Shown: positions 6,999 to 19,874, numbered from the stretch's first letter. The stretch is 64,000 bases of DNA from an uncultured Bacillales bacterium (GCA_937983115.1 CALKAO010000112.1:16902-80901), one strand, 5' to 3'. Notes: a model not told the origin generated them from the letters alone. Numbers and translations: made by a program.

Positions 6999-7436
6999 TT
7001 AGCCGCGTAATTCATACGTTTCAGGTTTTTGTGCTTGATGCGGATGCTCAGGTCCACGGTAAACGTGCAGCTTTTTAAACATTTTGCGTCCAAGCCTGTT
7101 TTTCGGGAGCATCCCTTTAATGGCCAGTTCGATCATTTTTTCCGGACGTTCTGTCCGCATTTCAAGAGCTGTTCTTTGTTTAATGCCGCCTACATATCCC
7201 GTATGGCGATAATAAATTTTATCCGCCAGCTTTTTGCCTGTTAATTCAATTTTATCCGCATTAACAATAATCACATGATCGCCAGTATCAACATGAGGTG
7301 TATAGATCGGTTTATGTTTTCCGCGCAAAATGGCAGCAACTTCACTTGCCAAACGTCCGAGTGTTTGGCCAGCTGCATCGACAACATACCATTTGCGGTC
7401 AACCTCATTGGCTTTTGCCATATATGTTGTACGCAT
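6999..7436 (-). CDS. rplM: 50S ribosomal protein L13
   Basis: 145 aa, [29 protein letters not shown]..., near-identical to B. subtilis L13. Confidence 0.96.
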   Translation of the reverse strand: MRTTYMAKANEVDRKWYVVDAAGQTLGRLASEVAAILRGKHKPIYTPHVDTGDHVIIVNADKIELTGKKLADKIYYRHTGYVGGIKQRTALEMRTERPEKMIELAIKGMLPKNRLGRKMFKKLHVYRGPEHPHQAQKPETYELRG

Positions 7437-7614
7437 GCGTGTACCTCCTCAACTGTTCATCGACTGCAAACTGCATAGCGCGAACATTCCATTCCCATCA
7501 ATCAACGATGCATTTCAGCGCCTGCAGTTTCATTTCATTTCTTTCATTCCAATGAATAAATCTAAATCCGGGGCTAGTGGAGATAGAAATACCAAAGTTA
7601 ATATTATATCACAA

Positions 7615-7641
7615 AAAAACCAAAGTCAAGCAAATTTGAAG
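7615..7641 (-). promoter_or_regulatory. Candidate promoter for rplM-rpsI, followed by a ~170-nt leader in the position of the L13 leader
   Basis: TTGACT (7641..7636), a short 15-nt spacer, then TGaTATAAT extended -10 (TATAAT 7620..7615). Confidence 0.4.
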
Positions 7642-7667
7642 TTCAATCTTGCCATTTTCTGCATTTT

Positions 7668-8408
7668 TCATTCATAGCTCACAGACCAAAGCACGAGCCC
7701 TTGCGGCGGAGCTGTTTTCCCTGCAGACTGCCGCGAACGTGCAGCTAAAATCGATTTTATAGCGTCTCGTTCACGTTCGCCGCGGCCAATTTCAATAATT
7801 GTACCGACAAGAATACGGACCATATTGTATAAAAAGCCATTTCCAACAAAGGTGAGCACAATTTCATCCTGCTCTTCCTGCAAATGAGCCGCATAAATCG
7901 TACGCGTTTTTTCTTCTACAGCCGTTTTCAACGAACAAAACGAAGTAAAATCATGCGTGCCGACAACGTCTTTGATGGCAGCTTCCATTGCGCCTACGTT
8001 TAACGGCTGCGGCACGTGATACGTATAATGCCGCCGGAATACGTCCGGCGTTTCACTCGTGAGGATGCGATAGCGATACTCTTTCTTTATTGCATCATAA
8101 CGTGCATGAAAGTCAGCTTTCACCCGGACAACGCTGCGAATGGCGATATCATCTGGAAGCAAGGTTTGCAGCGCTTTTGCCCAGTTTTTCTCTGGGATTT
8201 GCAGCGGGGAAGCAAAGTGGACGACTTGGCCTCTCGCATGAACGCCGGCATCGGTTCGGCCTGAAGCATATGTGCGAATCAGCTTTCCTTTGTGCATCTT
8301 CGCAAGTGCGTCTTCAAGTTCGCCTTGAACCGTGCGGGCATCCGGCTGAATTTGATAGCCTGCAAATGCTGTTCCGTCGTAAGCAAGCACGGCTTTTAAT
8401 CTTGGCAT
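7668..8408 (-). CDS. truA: tRNA pseudouridine(38-40) synthase TruA
   Basis: 246 aa with the GRTDAGVHA catalytic-Asp motif. Position after the ecf genes matches B. subtilis. Confidence 0.93.
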   Translation of the reverse strand: MPRLKAVLAYDGTAFAGYQIQPDARTVQGELEDALAKMHKGKLIRTYASGRTDAGVHARGQVVHFASPLQIPEKNWAKALQTLLPDDIAIRSVVRVKADFHARYDAIKKEYRYRILTSETPDVFRRHYTYHVPQPLNVGAMEAAIKDVVGTHDFTSFCSLKTAVEEKTRTIYAAHLQEEQDEIVLTFVGNGFLYNMVRILVGTIIEIGRGERERDAIKSILAARSRQSAGKTAPPQGLVLWSVSYE

Positions 8409-8448
8409 CTAATCACCTTTTCTTTTGCCAAACTCCAAGCATTTTTTG

Positions 8449-9252
8449 CTACTTCATATAAAAGCGAATCCAAACGAGAATCGCAGTTAAAATAAAAAGT
8501 GACAACAACAGCAAATGGTCGCGCAAACCCCACGTTAAAATTCTTAATTTCGTCCTTCCTTCGCCGCCCCGGTAACCGCGCGCTTCCATCGCAAGCGCCA
8601 AATCTTCAGCACGCTTAAAAGAACTCACGAACAAAGGAATTAGCAGCGGGACGATCGCTTTCATTCTTTCTTTCAGGGGGCCGCTTGTAAATTCAACGCC
8701 TCGGGCGGATTGCGCTTTAATAATTTTTTCCGCTTCTTCAAGCAGCGTTGGAATAAAGCGCAAAGCAATCGACATCATGAGCGCAAATTCATGAACAGGC
8801 AGCCGCAATCGCTTCAGCGGATGAAGCAGCGCTTCCAGTCCATCGGTGATTTCAATTGGCGTCGTCGTCAGCGTCAACAATGAAGTGAAAAGAACGAGAA
8901 ATAAAAGCCGCAGTGAAATATACGTCCCTTGAATGATCCCTTCTGAATAAAACTTCATCGAACCGATTTGAAAAACAACTTCGCCTTGCTTTGTTAAAAA
9001 AAGATGAAGAAGAAACGTGATGATGACAACGATGACGATCGGCTTCATCCCGCGGACGATGAAAGAAAGCGGAACACGGCTGAGCAAAACCGCTGCACCA
9101 ATAAATAAGCCGATTACTCCGTAAGCAATAAAACTGTTGGCTAAAAATATAATCAAAATAAATAAAAAGACCGAAATGAGCTTTGAACGCGGGTCAAGCC
9201 GATGAACGATTGAATCGACAGGAACATACTGGCCGATAATAATTGGAGGCAT
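8449..9252 (-). CDS. ecfT: ECF transporter transmembrane component EcfT
   Basis: 267 aa, multi-TM. TAATG overlap with the preceding ECF ATPase gene. Confidence 0.9.
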   Translation of the reverse strand: MPPIIIGQYVPVDSIVHRLDPRSKLISVFLFILIIFLANSFIAYGVIGLFIGAAVLLSRVPLSFIVRGMKPIVIVVIITFLLHLFLTKQGEVVFQIGSMKFYSEGIIQGTYISLRLLFLVLFTSLLTLTTTPIEITDGLEALLHPLKRLRLPVHEFALMMSIALRFIPTLLEEAEKIIKAQSARGVEFTSGPLKERMKAIVPLLIPLFVSSFKRAEDLALAMEARGYRGGEGRTKLRILTWGLRDHLLLLSLFILTAILVWIRFYMK

Positions 9253-10121
9253 TACAGGGAACCCTCCTTTTTCAGCAAAGCGATGATTTCATCTGCCAAC
9301 GCATCAATCGTATAAGCATGGCGCGGCAGCCGGACGCCAAATTTTTTTTCAAGTTTGATGATAAATTCAATTGTTTCTGGAATGTCCAAGCCGACTTTTC
9401 TTATCGCTTCCGGCTCTTTAAAAATTTCCTCTGGCGTGCCGTGCATAAACACTTTTCCTTGCTCCATCACAACAATCTCATCGGCATAGCGCGCAGCATC
9501 TTCCATGCTATGCGTGACCAGAATCGTCGTTAATTTTTTTTCTTTGTGCAGCCGATAAAACATTTCCATGATTTCCATTCGGCCTCTTGGATCGAGCCCT
9601 GCCGTCGGCTCGTCTAAAATCAGCACTTCCGGTTCCATCGCGAGAACTCCGGCTATAGCAACGCGTCTCATTTGGCCTCCGCTTAAATCAAAGGGCGATT
9701 TTTGCAGTACATCTTCTTCCAGACCGACGATTGGAAGCAGTTCCCGCGCTTTTTGTTTCGCGGCTTCTTCGCTGATTCCAAAGTTCATCGGTCCAAAACA
9801 AATGTCTTTTTCCACCGTTTCTTCAAATAACTGATGTTCCGGATACTGAAAAACAATGCCGACTTTTTTGCGAAGCGGCTTTAAATTTTTCGCTTTTTCT
9901 TGAGCGCGGATCGTGCGATCGCCAATGGTGATTTCACCTTTTGTTGGTTTCAGCAAACCGTTTAAATGTTGAATCAATGTCGATTTCCCAGATCCGGTAT
10001 GCCCGATGACCGCGATGTACGCATGCGGGGGGATCGTTAACGTCACGTCAACGAGCGCCAATCGTTCAAAAGGAGAGTCCGGCATATAGCGATGTTCTAA
10101 GTTTTTAATGTTAATTTCCAT
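9252..10121 (-). CDS. ecfA2: ECF transporter ATPase EcfA2
   Basis: Walker A GHTGSGKST, signature LSGGQMRRVAIA, Walker B LILDEPT. Confidence 0.93.
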   Translation of the reverse strand: MEINIKNLEHRYMPDSPFERLALVDVTLTIPPHAYIAVIGHTGSGKSTLIQHLNGLLKPTKGEITIGDRTIRAQEKAKNLKPLRKKVGIVFQYPEHQLFEETVEKDICFGPMNFGISEEAAKQKARELLPIVGLEEDVLQKSPFDLSGGQMRRVAIAGVLAMEPEVLILDEPTAGLDPRGRMEIMEMFYRLHKEKKLTTILVTHSMEDAARYADEIVVMEQGKVFMHGTPEEIFKEPEAIRKVGLDIPETIEFIIKLEKKFGVRLPRHAYTIDALADEIIALLKKEGSL

Positions 10122-10939
10122 AGCTCATCCACCAATTCTTCATGTGTCAAGGATTGACCGCTTAATGCAATTCCTCTTTCAGAAAGCTTTTCTTTCAGCT
10201 GAATGGAAAACGGGAGGTCCAGCTGATACGCTTTCAAACGCTCGCCATGCATGGCAAATAATTGTGCGGGTTCGCCTTCAAGCACTTTTTCGCCGCGATT
10301 CATCACAATCATTCGATCGGCCAGCATGGCTTCTTCTAAATCGTGTGTAATCGAGATAATCGTTATGTTTTCTTTTTCGTTGAGCTCTTTCACGACGTCG
10401 ATGACTTCTTTTCTTCCTCTCGGATCCAGCATTGACGTTGCTTCATCCAAAATTATAATTTCTGGCTTTAAAGCAATGACGCTGGCTATGGCAACTCTCT
10501 GCTTTTGGCCTCCGGAAAGCCGATGAGGTTCATGCTTAAGAAATTTTGTCATCTTTACTTTTTCCAGGCTGTCTTCAATCCGCGCAAGCATTTCATCCCG
10601 GGGGATTCCATTGTTTTCAAGGCCGAAAGCAACGTCATCCAAAACCGTTGTGCCAACAAATTGATTATCCGGATTTTGAAAAACGACGCCGACGCGCCGC
10701 CGAATCTCCCAAATATGTTTTTCATGATCGGTTAGAAAACCGGCGACAGCGATCGTTCCCGCATAAGGATGCAAAAGTCCGTTTAGCAGTTTCGCCAAAG
10801 TTGATTTTCCTGATCCGTTATGGCCGACAATCGCCAGCCACTCCCCTGAAAAAACAGATAAGCTTACCCCTTTTACAGCGTCTTCAGCATCTTCATTGTA
10901 GCGAAAATAAACATCATTCACTTGTATCAGTTCAGCCAC
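10097..10939 (-). CDS. ecfA1: ECF transporter ATPase EcfA1
   Basis: Walker A GHNGSGKST, LSGGQKQRVAIA, IILDEAT. GTG 10939 with GGGAGGA 8 nt upstream gives ~280 aa. The track start 11020 is over-extended. Confidence 0.9.
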   Translation of the reverse strand: MAELIQVNDVYFRYNEDAEDAVKGVSLSVFSGEWLAIVGHNGSGKSTLAKLLNGLLHPYAGTIAVAGFLTDHEKHIWEIRRRVGVVFQNPDNQFVGTTVLDDVAFGLENNGIPRDEMLARIEDSLEKVKMTKFLKHEPHRLSGGQKQRVAIASVIALKPEIIILDEATSMLDPRGRKEVIDVVKELNEKENITIISITHDLEEAMLADRMIVMNRGEKVLEGEPAQLFAMHGERLKAYQLDLPFSIQLKEKLSERGIALSGQSLTHEELVDELWKLTLKT

Positions 10940-10997
10940 TGCTGCGATCCTCCCCCCGCCTGTCATCAGAAGAAAGCGAAACCTGTCAATCCCTTGT

Positions 10998-11047
10998 AAA
11001 AAAAAAGGGCACAGAATCAATTTTCAATCGCAAAGTGATCCTGTCCC
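10998..11047 (-). terminator. Terminator of the alpha operon after rplQ
   Basis: Minus strand GGGACAGGATCA..TGATTCTGTGCCC, a bulged stem followed by a T9 run. Confidence 0.6.
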
Positions 11048-11121
11048 GTCTTGTTCAACGATTCATTGATTTGACTGTGCTCACAGACGAGAGCACATCA
11101 CTCCTCGAAGCAAGATCGCCC

Positions 11122-11490
11122 TTATTCCACAAATTCGATAATGACCATCGGCGCATTATCCCCGCGGCGCGGTCCGAGCTTGCGAATTCTTGTGTAGCCG
11201 CCTTGACGATCTTCATAGCGTCCAGCAATATCGTTAAAAAGCTTTTGAAGCGCGTTTTGCTCCACTTCTTCAGTATCTGCCGCTTCTTTGCGGACAAATG
11301 CTGCTGCCTGGCGGCGTGCATGCAAATCGCCGCGCTTGCCAAGCGTGATCATTTTATCAACAAAAGAGCGAAGCTCTTTCGCTTTTGCTTCAGTCGTTAC
11401 AATCCGCTCATTGATAATCAAATCGGTGACGAGATCGCGGAACATCGCTTTTCGATGAGCGGAATCTTTTCCAAGTTTTCTGTAAGCCAT
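11122..11490 (-). CDS. rplQ: 50S ribosomal protein L17
   Basis: [20 protein letters not shown]... from ATG 11490 (AAAGGAGG upstream). The track start is over-extended. Confidence 0.95.
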   Translation of the reverse strand: MAYRKLGKDSAHRKAMFRDLVTDLIINERIVTTEAKAKELRSFVDKMITLGKRGDLHARRQAAAFVRKEAADTEEVEQNALQKLFNDIAGRYEDRQGGYTRIRKLGPRRGDNAPMVIIEFVE

Positions 11491-11542
11491 GTGACTGTCC
11501 CCTCCTTTACGCTGTTTAATCACCGTGCAAATAATGCCAATC

Positions 11543-12487
11543 TTAATCTTCCTTGCGCAAAGACAAGTTCAGTTCAGCAAGTTTCTCTTGGACTTCTTGC
11601 AGCGATTTGCGTCCAAGGTTGCGAACTTTCATCATGTCTTCTTCCGTTTTTTGCGTGAGCTCATGGACCGTATTGATGCCCGCACGCTTCAGGCAGTTGT
11701 AAGAACGGACAGACAGATCGAGCTCTTCGATCGTCATTTCAAGCACTTTTTCTTTTTGATCTTCTTCTTTTTCAACCATAATTTCAGCTTGTTGGGCTTG
11801 ATCCGTCAAGCTTACAAAAATGTTCAAGTGCTCGGTTAAAATTTTGGCTCCGAGCGAGACCGCTTCCTCTGGACGAAGGCTGCCATTCGTCCATACTTCA
11901 AGCGTAAGCTTATCATAGTTTGTAACTTGTCCGACTCTCGTATTTTCAACATGATAGTTTACACGTTCCACCGGTGTATAAATGGAATCGACTGGAATGA
12001 CGCCAATTGCTAATTCTTCAGATTTATTTGCTTCTGCCGGTACGTATCCTCTGCCGCGTTTAGCAGTCATTCTCATTCGAAGAACGCCATCTTCAGCAAG
12101 TGTTGCGATCGGAAGGTCGGGATTCAATATTTCTACGTCACTGTCATGAAGAATATCGGCCGCTGTCACGATTCCTTCGCCTTGTGCATCAATTTCCATT
12201 GTTTTCACTTCATCGGAGTAAATTTTTAATGCGAGCTTTTTTAAGTTCAAAATGATTTGCGTAACATCTTCAACGACGCCTTTGATCGTTGAAAATTCAT
12301 GCAAAACTTGATCGATCTGAACCGTTGTAACAGCGGCGCCAGGCAAGGAAGACAGTAAAATGCGGCGAAGAGAGTTCCCAAGCGTTGTCCCGTATCCACG
12401 TTCGAGCGGCTCGACAACAAATTTCCCGTAGCCTTCTTCTTCATTGATATCAACCGTTTGAATCTTTGGTTTTTCGATCTCTATCAT
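11543..12487 (-). CDS. rpoA: DNA-directed RNA polymerase subunit alpha
   Basis: 314 aa, [52 protein letters not shown]. Confidence 0.97.
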   Translation of the reverse strand: MIEIEKPKIQTVDINEEEGYGKFVVEPLERGYGTTLGNSLRRILLSSLPGAAVTTVQIDQVLHEFSTIKGVVEDVTQIILNLKKLALKIYSDEVKTMEIDAQGEGIVTAADILHDSDVEILNPDLPIATLAEDGVLRMRMTAKRGRGYVPAEANKSEELAIGVIPVDSIYTPVERVNYHVENTRVGQVTNYDKLTLEVWTNGSLRPEEAVSLGAKILTEHLNIFVSLTDQAQQAEIMVEKEEDQKEKVLEMTIEELDLSVRSYNCLKRAGINTVHELTQKTEEDMMKVRNLGRKSLQEVQEKLAELNLSLRKED

Positions 12488-12673
12488 CCAACAAACCCTC
12501 CTTCAAAACGTCGGCTTCCGGTTCATTGCACCAACCGAAATTCACCTTTATTAGGCGGTTCTAAGCAGCAGCAACTTTATAGTATATGCCCATTTTCGCG
12601 TATGATACATCAACAGTATAGACATCGTCTAAAAAACTATACTACGATCCAACCCAATTTTAAGCGAGCGCTA

Positions 12674-13063
12674 TTACACGCGACGACGTTTTGGCGGACG
12701 GCATCCGTTGTGCGGCACAGGAGTCACATCGCGAATTGCTGTGACGTCAAGTCCAACCGCTTGAAGTGCACGAATTGCAGCTTCACGGCCAGAGCCTGGC
12801 CCTTTGACCGATACTTCAACTGTTTTCATGCCATTTTCAAGCGCTTCTTTGCCAGCTGTTTCAGCTGCCATTTGTGCTGCAAACGGCGTGGATTTGCGTG
12901 AACCTTTAAAGCCGAGGCTGCCTGCACTTGCCCATGCGATGGCGTTTCCATGCATATCTGTAATCGTTACGATAGTATTGTTAAACGTCGACTTGATATG
13001 TGCGATGCCATTTTCGACATGCTTTTTTGCACGACGTTTGCGAGTTTTTGATTTTACAGCCAT
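12674..13063 (-). CDS. rpsK: 30S ribosomal protein S11
   Basis: 129 aa, ...[18 protein letters not shown]...[13 protein letters not shown]. Confidence 0.96.
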   Translation of the reverse strand: MAVKSKTRKRRAKKHVENGIAHIKSTFNNTIVTITDMHGNAIAWASAGSLGFKGSRKSTPFAAQMAAETAGKEALENGMKTVEVSVKGPGSGREAAIRALQAVGLDVTAIRDVTPVPHNGCRPPKRRRV

Positions 13064-13079
13064 TTAATCACGACCTCCT

Positions 13080-13445
13080 TTACTTTTTCTTATTTGCGAT
13101 CGTACGACGAGGGCCTTTGCGAGTACGAGAGTTGTTTTTCGTGTTTTGCCCACGGACCGGCAGGCCGCGGCGATGGCGAATGCCCCGATAGGAGCCAATT
13201 TCAATCAAACGTTTAATGTTAAGCGACACTTCGCGGCGTAGGTCGCCTTCAATTTTATACGTATCAACGACTTCGCGAATGCGGTTTAATTCATCATCAG
13301 TCAGATCTCGAACTCTCGTATCTTCTGATACATTGGCTTTCGCAAGAATTTCTCTCGCTCTTGAGACGCCAATGCCATAAATATATGTCAATGCGATAAC
13401 GACTCGCTTCTCGCGAGGAATGTCAATTCCAGCAATACGCGCCAT
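13080..13445 (-). CDS. rpsM: 30S ribosomal protein S13
   Basis: 121 aa, [26 protein letters not shown]. Confidence 0.96.
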   Translation of the reverse strand: MARIAGIDIPREKRVVIALTYIYGIGVSRAREILAKANVSEDTRVRDLTDDELNRIREVVDTYKIEGDLRREVSLNIKRLIEIGSYRGIRHRRGLPVRGQNTKNNSRTRKGPRRTIANKKK

Positions 13446-13460
13446 GTTAGCACCTCCTTC

Positions 13461-13577
<117 letters not shown>

Positions 13578-13726
13578 TTAACCCTCCTTGAGATCGGGAG
13601 TTTCACGCTTCCATAAGCGCATCTTTTCATTTCGTTTCAATTTAAAATAAACGCTCTCGCGAGTTTCATTCTTTCCGCAATCCATTGCAGCGCATTGACA
13701 AAGCGAGGTTCGCCGCCAGCCGCTTT

Positions 13727-13945
13727 TTATTTATAGCGGTACGTGATGCGTCCACGTGTCAAATCATACGGCGACATCTCAACCGTCACTTTATCTCCAG
13801 GCAAAATTCGAATGTAGTGCATACGGATTTTGCCGGATACGTGGGCTAAGATCTTATGGCCATTTTCTAGTTCGACACGAAACATTGCGTTTGGCAATGG
13901 TTCAATGACTGTGCCTTCCATTTCAATAACATCTTCTTTCGCCAT
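13727..13945 (-). CDS. infA: Translation initiation factor IF-1
   Basis: 72 aa, [53 protein letters not shown]. Confidence 0.96.
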   Translation of the reverse strand: MAKEDVIEMEGTVIEPLPNAMFRVELENGHKILAHVSGKIRMHYIRILPGDKVTVEMSPYDLTRGRITYRYK

Positions 13946-14224
13946 CCATTTGCTCTCCCTTCTTCAAATCAAGGACTCGTTCATTTATACATTTGGAAAG
14001 TGCAAGACGCGGCTTTCCATTTGCTTCGCGACTTGATTCTTCAACACAATCTCTGGCTTCTGCAAATATGCCAGCAGCGAGCGCAAGAAGAACCAGTTGT
14101 TTGTTGGCTCGCTTCGTACGCAATTCACACCGAGCGATCGCTAAAGATAGGTTATCGCAAATTGCCTGTTGGCTTCTCTCCCTCTTATCCGCGAACAGCT
14201 TGCCGATGGACGACTCCGATTCAT
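13923..14224 (-). pseudogene. Possible ybzG-like small ORF in the map-infA spacer with no in-frame canonical start
   Basis: The reading frame is open from the map stop to 13923, but its first canonical start is TTG 14123 (66-aa track ORF). The only ATG (14224) is 1 nt out of frame. B. subtilis carries ybzG (KOW-domain protein) at this position. Confidence 0.3.
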
Positions 14225-14244
14225 GCGCGAATAAGATTGTTATG

Positions 14245-15656
<1,412 letters not shown>

Positions 15657-16943
15657 CTACTTGATGAAACCTTTATAGTGGCGCTTTATAAGCTGGCTGT
15701 CAATTTGTTTCATCGTATCGAGCGCAACACCGACGACAATGAGCAGACTTGTTCCTCCAATTTGAACGGTTGGAGGCAGTTTTGCAAAGATCATGAAGAA
15801 AACAGGAATGATCGACACGAATGCCAAGAAAAGCGCGCCAACAAACGTCAGGCGATACAAAATGCTCGTAATGCGTTCCTGCGTAGCTTTTCCCGGCCGC
15901 GTCCCCGGGATATATCCACCTTGTTTCTTTAAGTTTTCAGCCATTTGCTCTGGATTCACTTGAATGAATGTATAAAAATACGTAAACGCAATAATGAGCA
16001 GTACATAAACGATTGCGCCAATGGGATGTGTATAATCAACGGTTTGAATCAGCCAGTTTGCAAATTTGCTGTCTCCAAAAAAGCCGGCAATGGTGCGCGG
16101 TGTGTAAAAAATCGCAACCGCAAAAATAACCGGAATCACACCCGCTGCGTTTACTTTTATCGGCAAATACGCCGTTTGACCGCCAATCGTTTGACGACCA
16201 ACAACCCGCTTTGCATACTGAATCGGAATTCTGCGCACGCCCTGTTGCACGAAAATAATAAAAACAACAAGAGCTAAAACCGCAAGAATAATGCCGAGCG
16301 CTTTCGCGATGACTAAAAACAGCTGATCTTGATTCTGAAATTGCGACAAATACAGCTGATGGGCGCTCGTTGGGATAGCGGCGACAATTCCAGCAAAGAT
16401 AATAATGGATATGCCATTTCCAACTCCATTTGCCGTAATTTGTTCGCCAAGCCACATTAAAAACGCAGTGCCTGCAGTCAGCACGATGGCAATCGTTAAA
16501 TAGGTGGATACGCTTGGATTCGGAACAAGGCCTGGAAACAGATTGTTAAACCCTATTGAAAGCGCCAACGCTTGAATAAAGCCAAGCACGATTGTTCCAT
16601 ATCGTGTAAACTGTACAAGCTTTCGCCGCCCAACCTCACCTTGCTTTGCCCATTCCGCAAATTTGGGAACGACATCCATCTGCAAAAGTTGAACAATAAT
16701 CGATGCGGTAATGTATGGCATAATGCCCATGGCGAAAATTGAAAAACGTTCCAATGCACCGCCGCCGAACATGTTTAAAACACCGAACAAGCTCGCGTCG
16801 CCACTGAATTGAAGCACATCTTTGTTTACTCCTGGAACAGGGATGAATGCCCCGATGCGGAACACGATGAGCATCAGCAATGTAAACAATATTTTTTTAC
16901 GCAAATCGGCAACTTTAAAAATATTGACAATTGTCCCGACCAT
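15657..16943 (-). CDS. secY: Preprotein translocase subunit SecY
   Basis: 428 aa, ...KILFTLLMLIVFRIGAFIPVPGV..., 10-TM pattern. Confidence 0.96.
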   Translation of the reverse strand: MVGTIVNIFKVADLRKKILFTLLMLIVFRIGAFIPVPGVNKDVLQFSGDASLFGVLNMFGGGALERFSIFAMGIMPYITASIIVQLLQMDVVPKFAEWAKQGEVGRRKLVQFTRYGTIVLGFIQALALSIGFNNLFPGLVPNPSVSTYLTIAIVLTAGTAFLMWLGEQITANGVGNGISIIIFAGIVAAIPTSAHQLYLSQFQNQDQLFLVIAKALGIILAVLALVVFIIFVQQGVRRIPIQYAKRVVGRQTIGGQTAYLPIKVNAAGVIPVIFAVAIFYTPRTIAGFFGDSKFANWLIQTVDYTHPIGAIVYVLLIIAFTYFYTFIQVNPEQMAENLKKQGGYIPGTRPGKATQERITSILYRLTFVGALFLAFVSIIPVFFMIFAKLPPTVQIGGTSLLIVVGVALDTMKQIDSQLIKRHYKGFIK

Positions 16944-17383
16944 TAAATCACCTCAGCGTTTCCGCCTGCTGATTCAATCGCTTTTTTTGCAGAATCGGAA
17001 AACTTATGCGCTTTAACGGTCAGCTTCTTTTCAAGTGTTCCGTTGCCGAGAATTTTTACACCGCTTTTTAGTTTCCGAATCACGCGAGTTTCCAAAAGCA
17101 ATTCCGGTGTTACTTCTGTGCCTTCATCAAATTGATTTAACTTGTCGAGGTTCACAATCGCATATTCTTTACGATTGATGTTCGTAAAGCCTCGTTTTGG
17201 AAGACGTTGGAGAAGCGGCGTTTGACCGCCTTCGAACCCAGGGCGAACACCTCCGCCAGAACGTGCATTTTGCCCTTTATGCCCCCGGCCGGATGTTTTG
17301 CCATACCCGGATCCGATTCCACGCCCAACACGTTTTCTCGCGTGACGTGAACCTTCTGCTGGTTTTAACTCATGAAGTTTCAT
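16943..17383 (-). CDS. rplO: 50S ribosomal protein L15
   Basis: 146 aa, [26 protein letters not shown]. Confidence 0.96.
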   Translation of the reverse strand: MKLHELKPAEGSRHARKRVGRGIGSGYGKTSGRGHKGQNARSGGGVRPGFEGGQTPLLQRLPKRGFTNINRKEYAIVNLDKLNQFDEGTEVTPELLLETRVIRKLKSGVKILGNGTLEKKLTVKAHKFSDSAKKAIESAGGNAEVI

Positions 17384-17422
17384 TTTGGCACCCCCTTGTT
17401 ATTAACTATTTCACCATTTTTA

Positions 17423-17605
17423 TTAAATTTCCTTTACTTCAACAAGATGCGACACCTTTCGAATCATGCCGCGTATTGCAGGATTGTCGTTATGAACGAC
17501 GGTTTGATTGATTTTTGTCAGCCCGAGCGTGTTCACCGTCACACGCTGATCTTTCGGTCGGCCAATCAGACTGCGAGTGAGGGTAATTTCTAATTGCTTT
17601 GCCAT
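17423..17605 (-). CDS. rpmD: 50S ribosomal protein L30
   Basis: 60 aa, [29 protein letters not shown]. Confidence 0.95.
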   Translation of the reverse strand: MAKQLEITLTRSLIGRPKDQRVTVNTLGLTKINQTVVHNDNPAIRGMIRKVSHLVEVKEI

Positions 17606-17618
17606 TGAATTTCCCTCC

Positions 17619-18116
17619 TTATCCTAATATCTCTTCGACTGTCTTTCCGCGCAGCTTTGCGACATCTTCCGCACGTTTCAAGCTTTTAATTCCTTCGATT
17701 GTCGCGCGAACCATATTGATCGGATTGCTGGAACCGTGAGATTTTGTCAATATATCGCCAATCCCGGCAAGTTCAAGAACAGCGCGCACGGGACCGCCGG
17801 CGATTACTCCTGTACCTTCTGAAGCGGGTTTCAACAATACGCGGCCTGCACCGAAGCGGCCCACCACTTCATGTGGAATGGTCGTGTTCACGCGCGGTAC
17901 GGATATGATGTTTTTCTTCGCATTTTCAACTGCCTTGCGAATGGCTTCTGGAACTTCTTGCGCTTTGCCTGTTCCAAACCCGACATGGCCATTTTTATCG
18001 CCCACAACAACGACAGCGGCAAAACGAAAACGGCGTCCGCCTTTCACAACTTTTGCAACACGGTTCACTGTAACAACACGTTCTTCCAATTCAAGTTTAT
18101 TTGCGTCAATAGCCAT
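17619..18116 (-). CDS. rpsE: 30S ribosomal protein S5
   Basis: 165 aa, ...[24 protein letters not shown]. Confidence 0.96.
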   Translation of the reverse strand: MAIDANKLELEERVVTVNRVAKVVKGGRRFRFAAVVVVGDKNGHVGFGTGKAQEVPEAIRKAVENAKKNIISVPRVNTTIPHEVVGRFGAGRVLLKPASEGTGVIAGGPVRAVLELAGIGDILTKSHGSSNPINMVRATIEGIKSLKRAEDVAKLRGKTVEEILG

Positions 18117-18140
18117 TAGTTTTGAATTCCCCTCCTTCGA

Positions 18141-18503
18141 TTAAAATTCCAAACCAGCTTCTCGAGCTGCTTCCGCTAACGCTTTGACTCGTCCGTGATA
18201 TAGATTTCCTCCGCGATCAAATACAACTTTTTTATATCCTTTTTCAACGGCGCGCTTTGCAATGAGTTCTCCAACTTTTTTAGCGGCTTCAATATTTCCG
18301 CCTGATTGCCCGTCAAATTCTTTATCAAGGGAAGAAGCTGATGCAAGCGTAACGCCTTGATCATCATCGATAAGTTGGGCGTAAATATGCTTTGTCGAAC
18401 GGTATACATTTAAGCGCGGGCGCTCTGCCGTTCCGTGCAGATGACGGCGTACGCGAAGATGGCGCTTTTTGCGCGCTTTTTTCCGATCAACTTTCGTAAT
18501 CAA
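18141..18503 (-). CDS. rplR: 50S ribosomal protein L18
   Basis: 120 aa from TTG 18503 (AAAGGAG 8 nt upstream): (M)[35 protein letters not shown]. The track start is over-extended. Confidence 0.94.
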   Translation of the reverse strand: MITKVDRKKARKKRHLRVRRHLHGTAERPRLNVYRSTKHIYAQLIDDDQGVTLASASSLDKEFDGQSGGNIEAAKKVGELIAKRAVEKGYKKVVFDRGGNLYHGRVKALAEAAREAGLEF

Positions 18504-18677
18504 TCCGGCCACTCCTTTCTCTTTCATCTGTCGTTCAAACTTTAGAGGCTAAAGTGCTGCATTCAAGCGCATATTATCAATGGTTTTAACCGAAGATCGC
18601 CATTTGACAAACCTTTTTTTGATTGAATCTGTTGAATCGCCTTTTTCCTCTTTTTGAACGTCTATATTGACGAAACA

Positions 18678-19214
18678 TTACTTGCCAGTCTTGCCTTCCT
18701 TGCGGCGCACATATTCGCCTTCGTAGCGAATTCCCTTTCCTTTGTAAGGTTCAGGAGGCCTTACTGCGCGAATATTCGCGGCAAGTTCGCCAACGCGCTC
18801 TTTATCAATGCCTTTCACAATTACTTTCGTATTTTCCGGCACTTCGATTTCAAGCCCTTGTTCCGGCTCAAATTCAACAGGATGAGAATACCCCACGTTA
18901 AGGACAAGTTTTTTCCCTTGTTTATTTGCGCGGTATCCAACGCCGACGAGTTCAAGACGGCGCTCAAAGCCATTTGTTACGCCTTGTACCATATTGTTGA
19001 TGATGCTGCGTGTTGTGCCGTGCAACGAGCGATGTTCTTTTTGATCGGATGGACGCGAAACAACGATTTGATTTTCCTGAACATCAATTTGCATATCTTT
19101 GTGAAACGTTCGTGTCAGTTCACCTTTCGGGCCTTTTACTGTAATCGTGTTTCCTTCTTTTGTTACAGTCACGCCATTCGGAATTTCGATGGGCTTCTTT
19201 CCTATGCGAGACAT
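18678..19214 (-). CDS. rplF: 50S ribosomal protein L6
   Basis: 178 aa from ATG 19214 (GGAGGTG upstream): [17 protein letters not shown]. Confidence 0.95.
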   Translation of the reverse strand: MSRIGKKPIEIPNGVTVTKEGNTITVKGPKGELTRTFHKDMQIDVQENQIVVSRPSDQKEHRSLHGTTRSIINNMVQGVTNGFERRLELVGVGYRANKQGKKLVLNVGYSHPVEFEPEQGLEIEVPENTKVIVKGIDKERVGELAANIRAVRPPEPYKGKGIRYEGEYVRRKEGKTGK

Positions 19215-19240
19215 ACGCACACCTCCATTCGAGTACACTG

Positions 19241-19639
19241 TTACCAAACGTATGCTATAATTTCGCCGCCGACTTGCTGCCTGCGGGCTTCTTTATCGGT
19301 TAATACGCCTTTCGATGTTGAAACAATCGCTATGCCTAAACCGCCAAGGACGCGTGGAATTTCATGCGCTTTCGCATACACGCGCAAGCCAGGCTTGCTG
19401 ATTCGTTTCAATCCTGTAATGACGCGTTCATTTGATTTTCCATATTTCAAGTAAATCCGAATAATGCCTTGCTTATTATCGTCGATATATTCAACATCGC
19501 GAATGAATCCCTCACGCTTTAATATTTCGGCAATTTCTTTTTTCATTTTTGAGGCGGGAACTTCTAATTTATCGAGACGAACGTTATTCGCGTTGCGAAT
19601 TCGCGTAAGCATATCTGCAATTGGATCTGTCATGACCAT
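19241..19639 (-). CDS. rpsH: 30S ribosomal protein S8
   Basis: 132 aa, [18 protein letters not shown]. Confidence 0.96.
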   Translation of the reverse strand: MVMTDPIADMLTRIRNANNVRLDKLEVPASKMKKEIAEILKREGFIRDVEYIDDNKQGIIRIYLKYGKSNERVITGLKRISKPGLRVYAKAHEIPRVLGGLGIAIVSTSKGVLTDKEARRQQVGGEIIAYVW

Positions 19640-19668
19640 TTCCTAATTACCTCCTTCCCTTAGCGGGC

Positions 19669-19854
19669 TTACCAACTAGCTTTTTTCACGCCAGGAATTT
19701 GACCTTTATATGCGAGTTCACGAAAACAAATCCGGCACAGTCTGAACTTGCGCAAGACCGAGTGTGGGCGTCCGCATCGTTCACAGCGAGTGTATTCGCG
19801 CACTTTAAACTTTTGTGGGCGGCGTTGTTTAGCGATCAATGATTTTTTTGCCAC
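19669..19854 (-). CDS. rpsN: 30S ribosomal protein S14, short Zn-binding (type Z) form
   Basis: 61 aa with CERCGRP...CRIC. Confidence 0.95.
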   Translation of the reverse strand: MAKKSLIAKQRRPQKFKVREYTRCERCGRPHSVLRKFRLCRICFRELAYKGQIPGVKKASW

Positions 19855-19874
19855 GCTGAAACCTCCTTCATCGA

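Noticed and set aside
6587-7093. N-terminally extended versions of rpsI and about 20 other genes as given in the ORF track
   Set aside because: The extensions overlap upstream genes or RBSs and lack their own RBS. Internal ATG/GTG/TTG starts with good Shine-Dalgarno spacing reproduce the B. subtilis N-termini.
10546-11658. 370-aa plus-strand ORF, the longest unexplained ORF in the track
   Set aside because: It is entirely antisense to ecfA1, rplQ and the 3' end of rpoA, whose products are unmistakable. It has a low-complexity, Arg/Ser/Leu-rich shadow-frame composition and no RBS.
18654-19454. 266-aa plus-strand ORF
   Set aside because: It is antisense to rplF and rpsH, a shadow ORF of highly conserved ribosomal genes.
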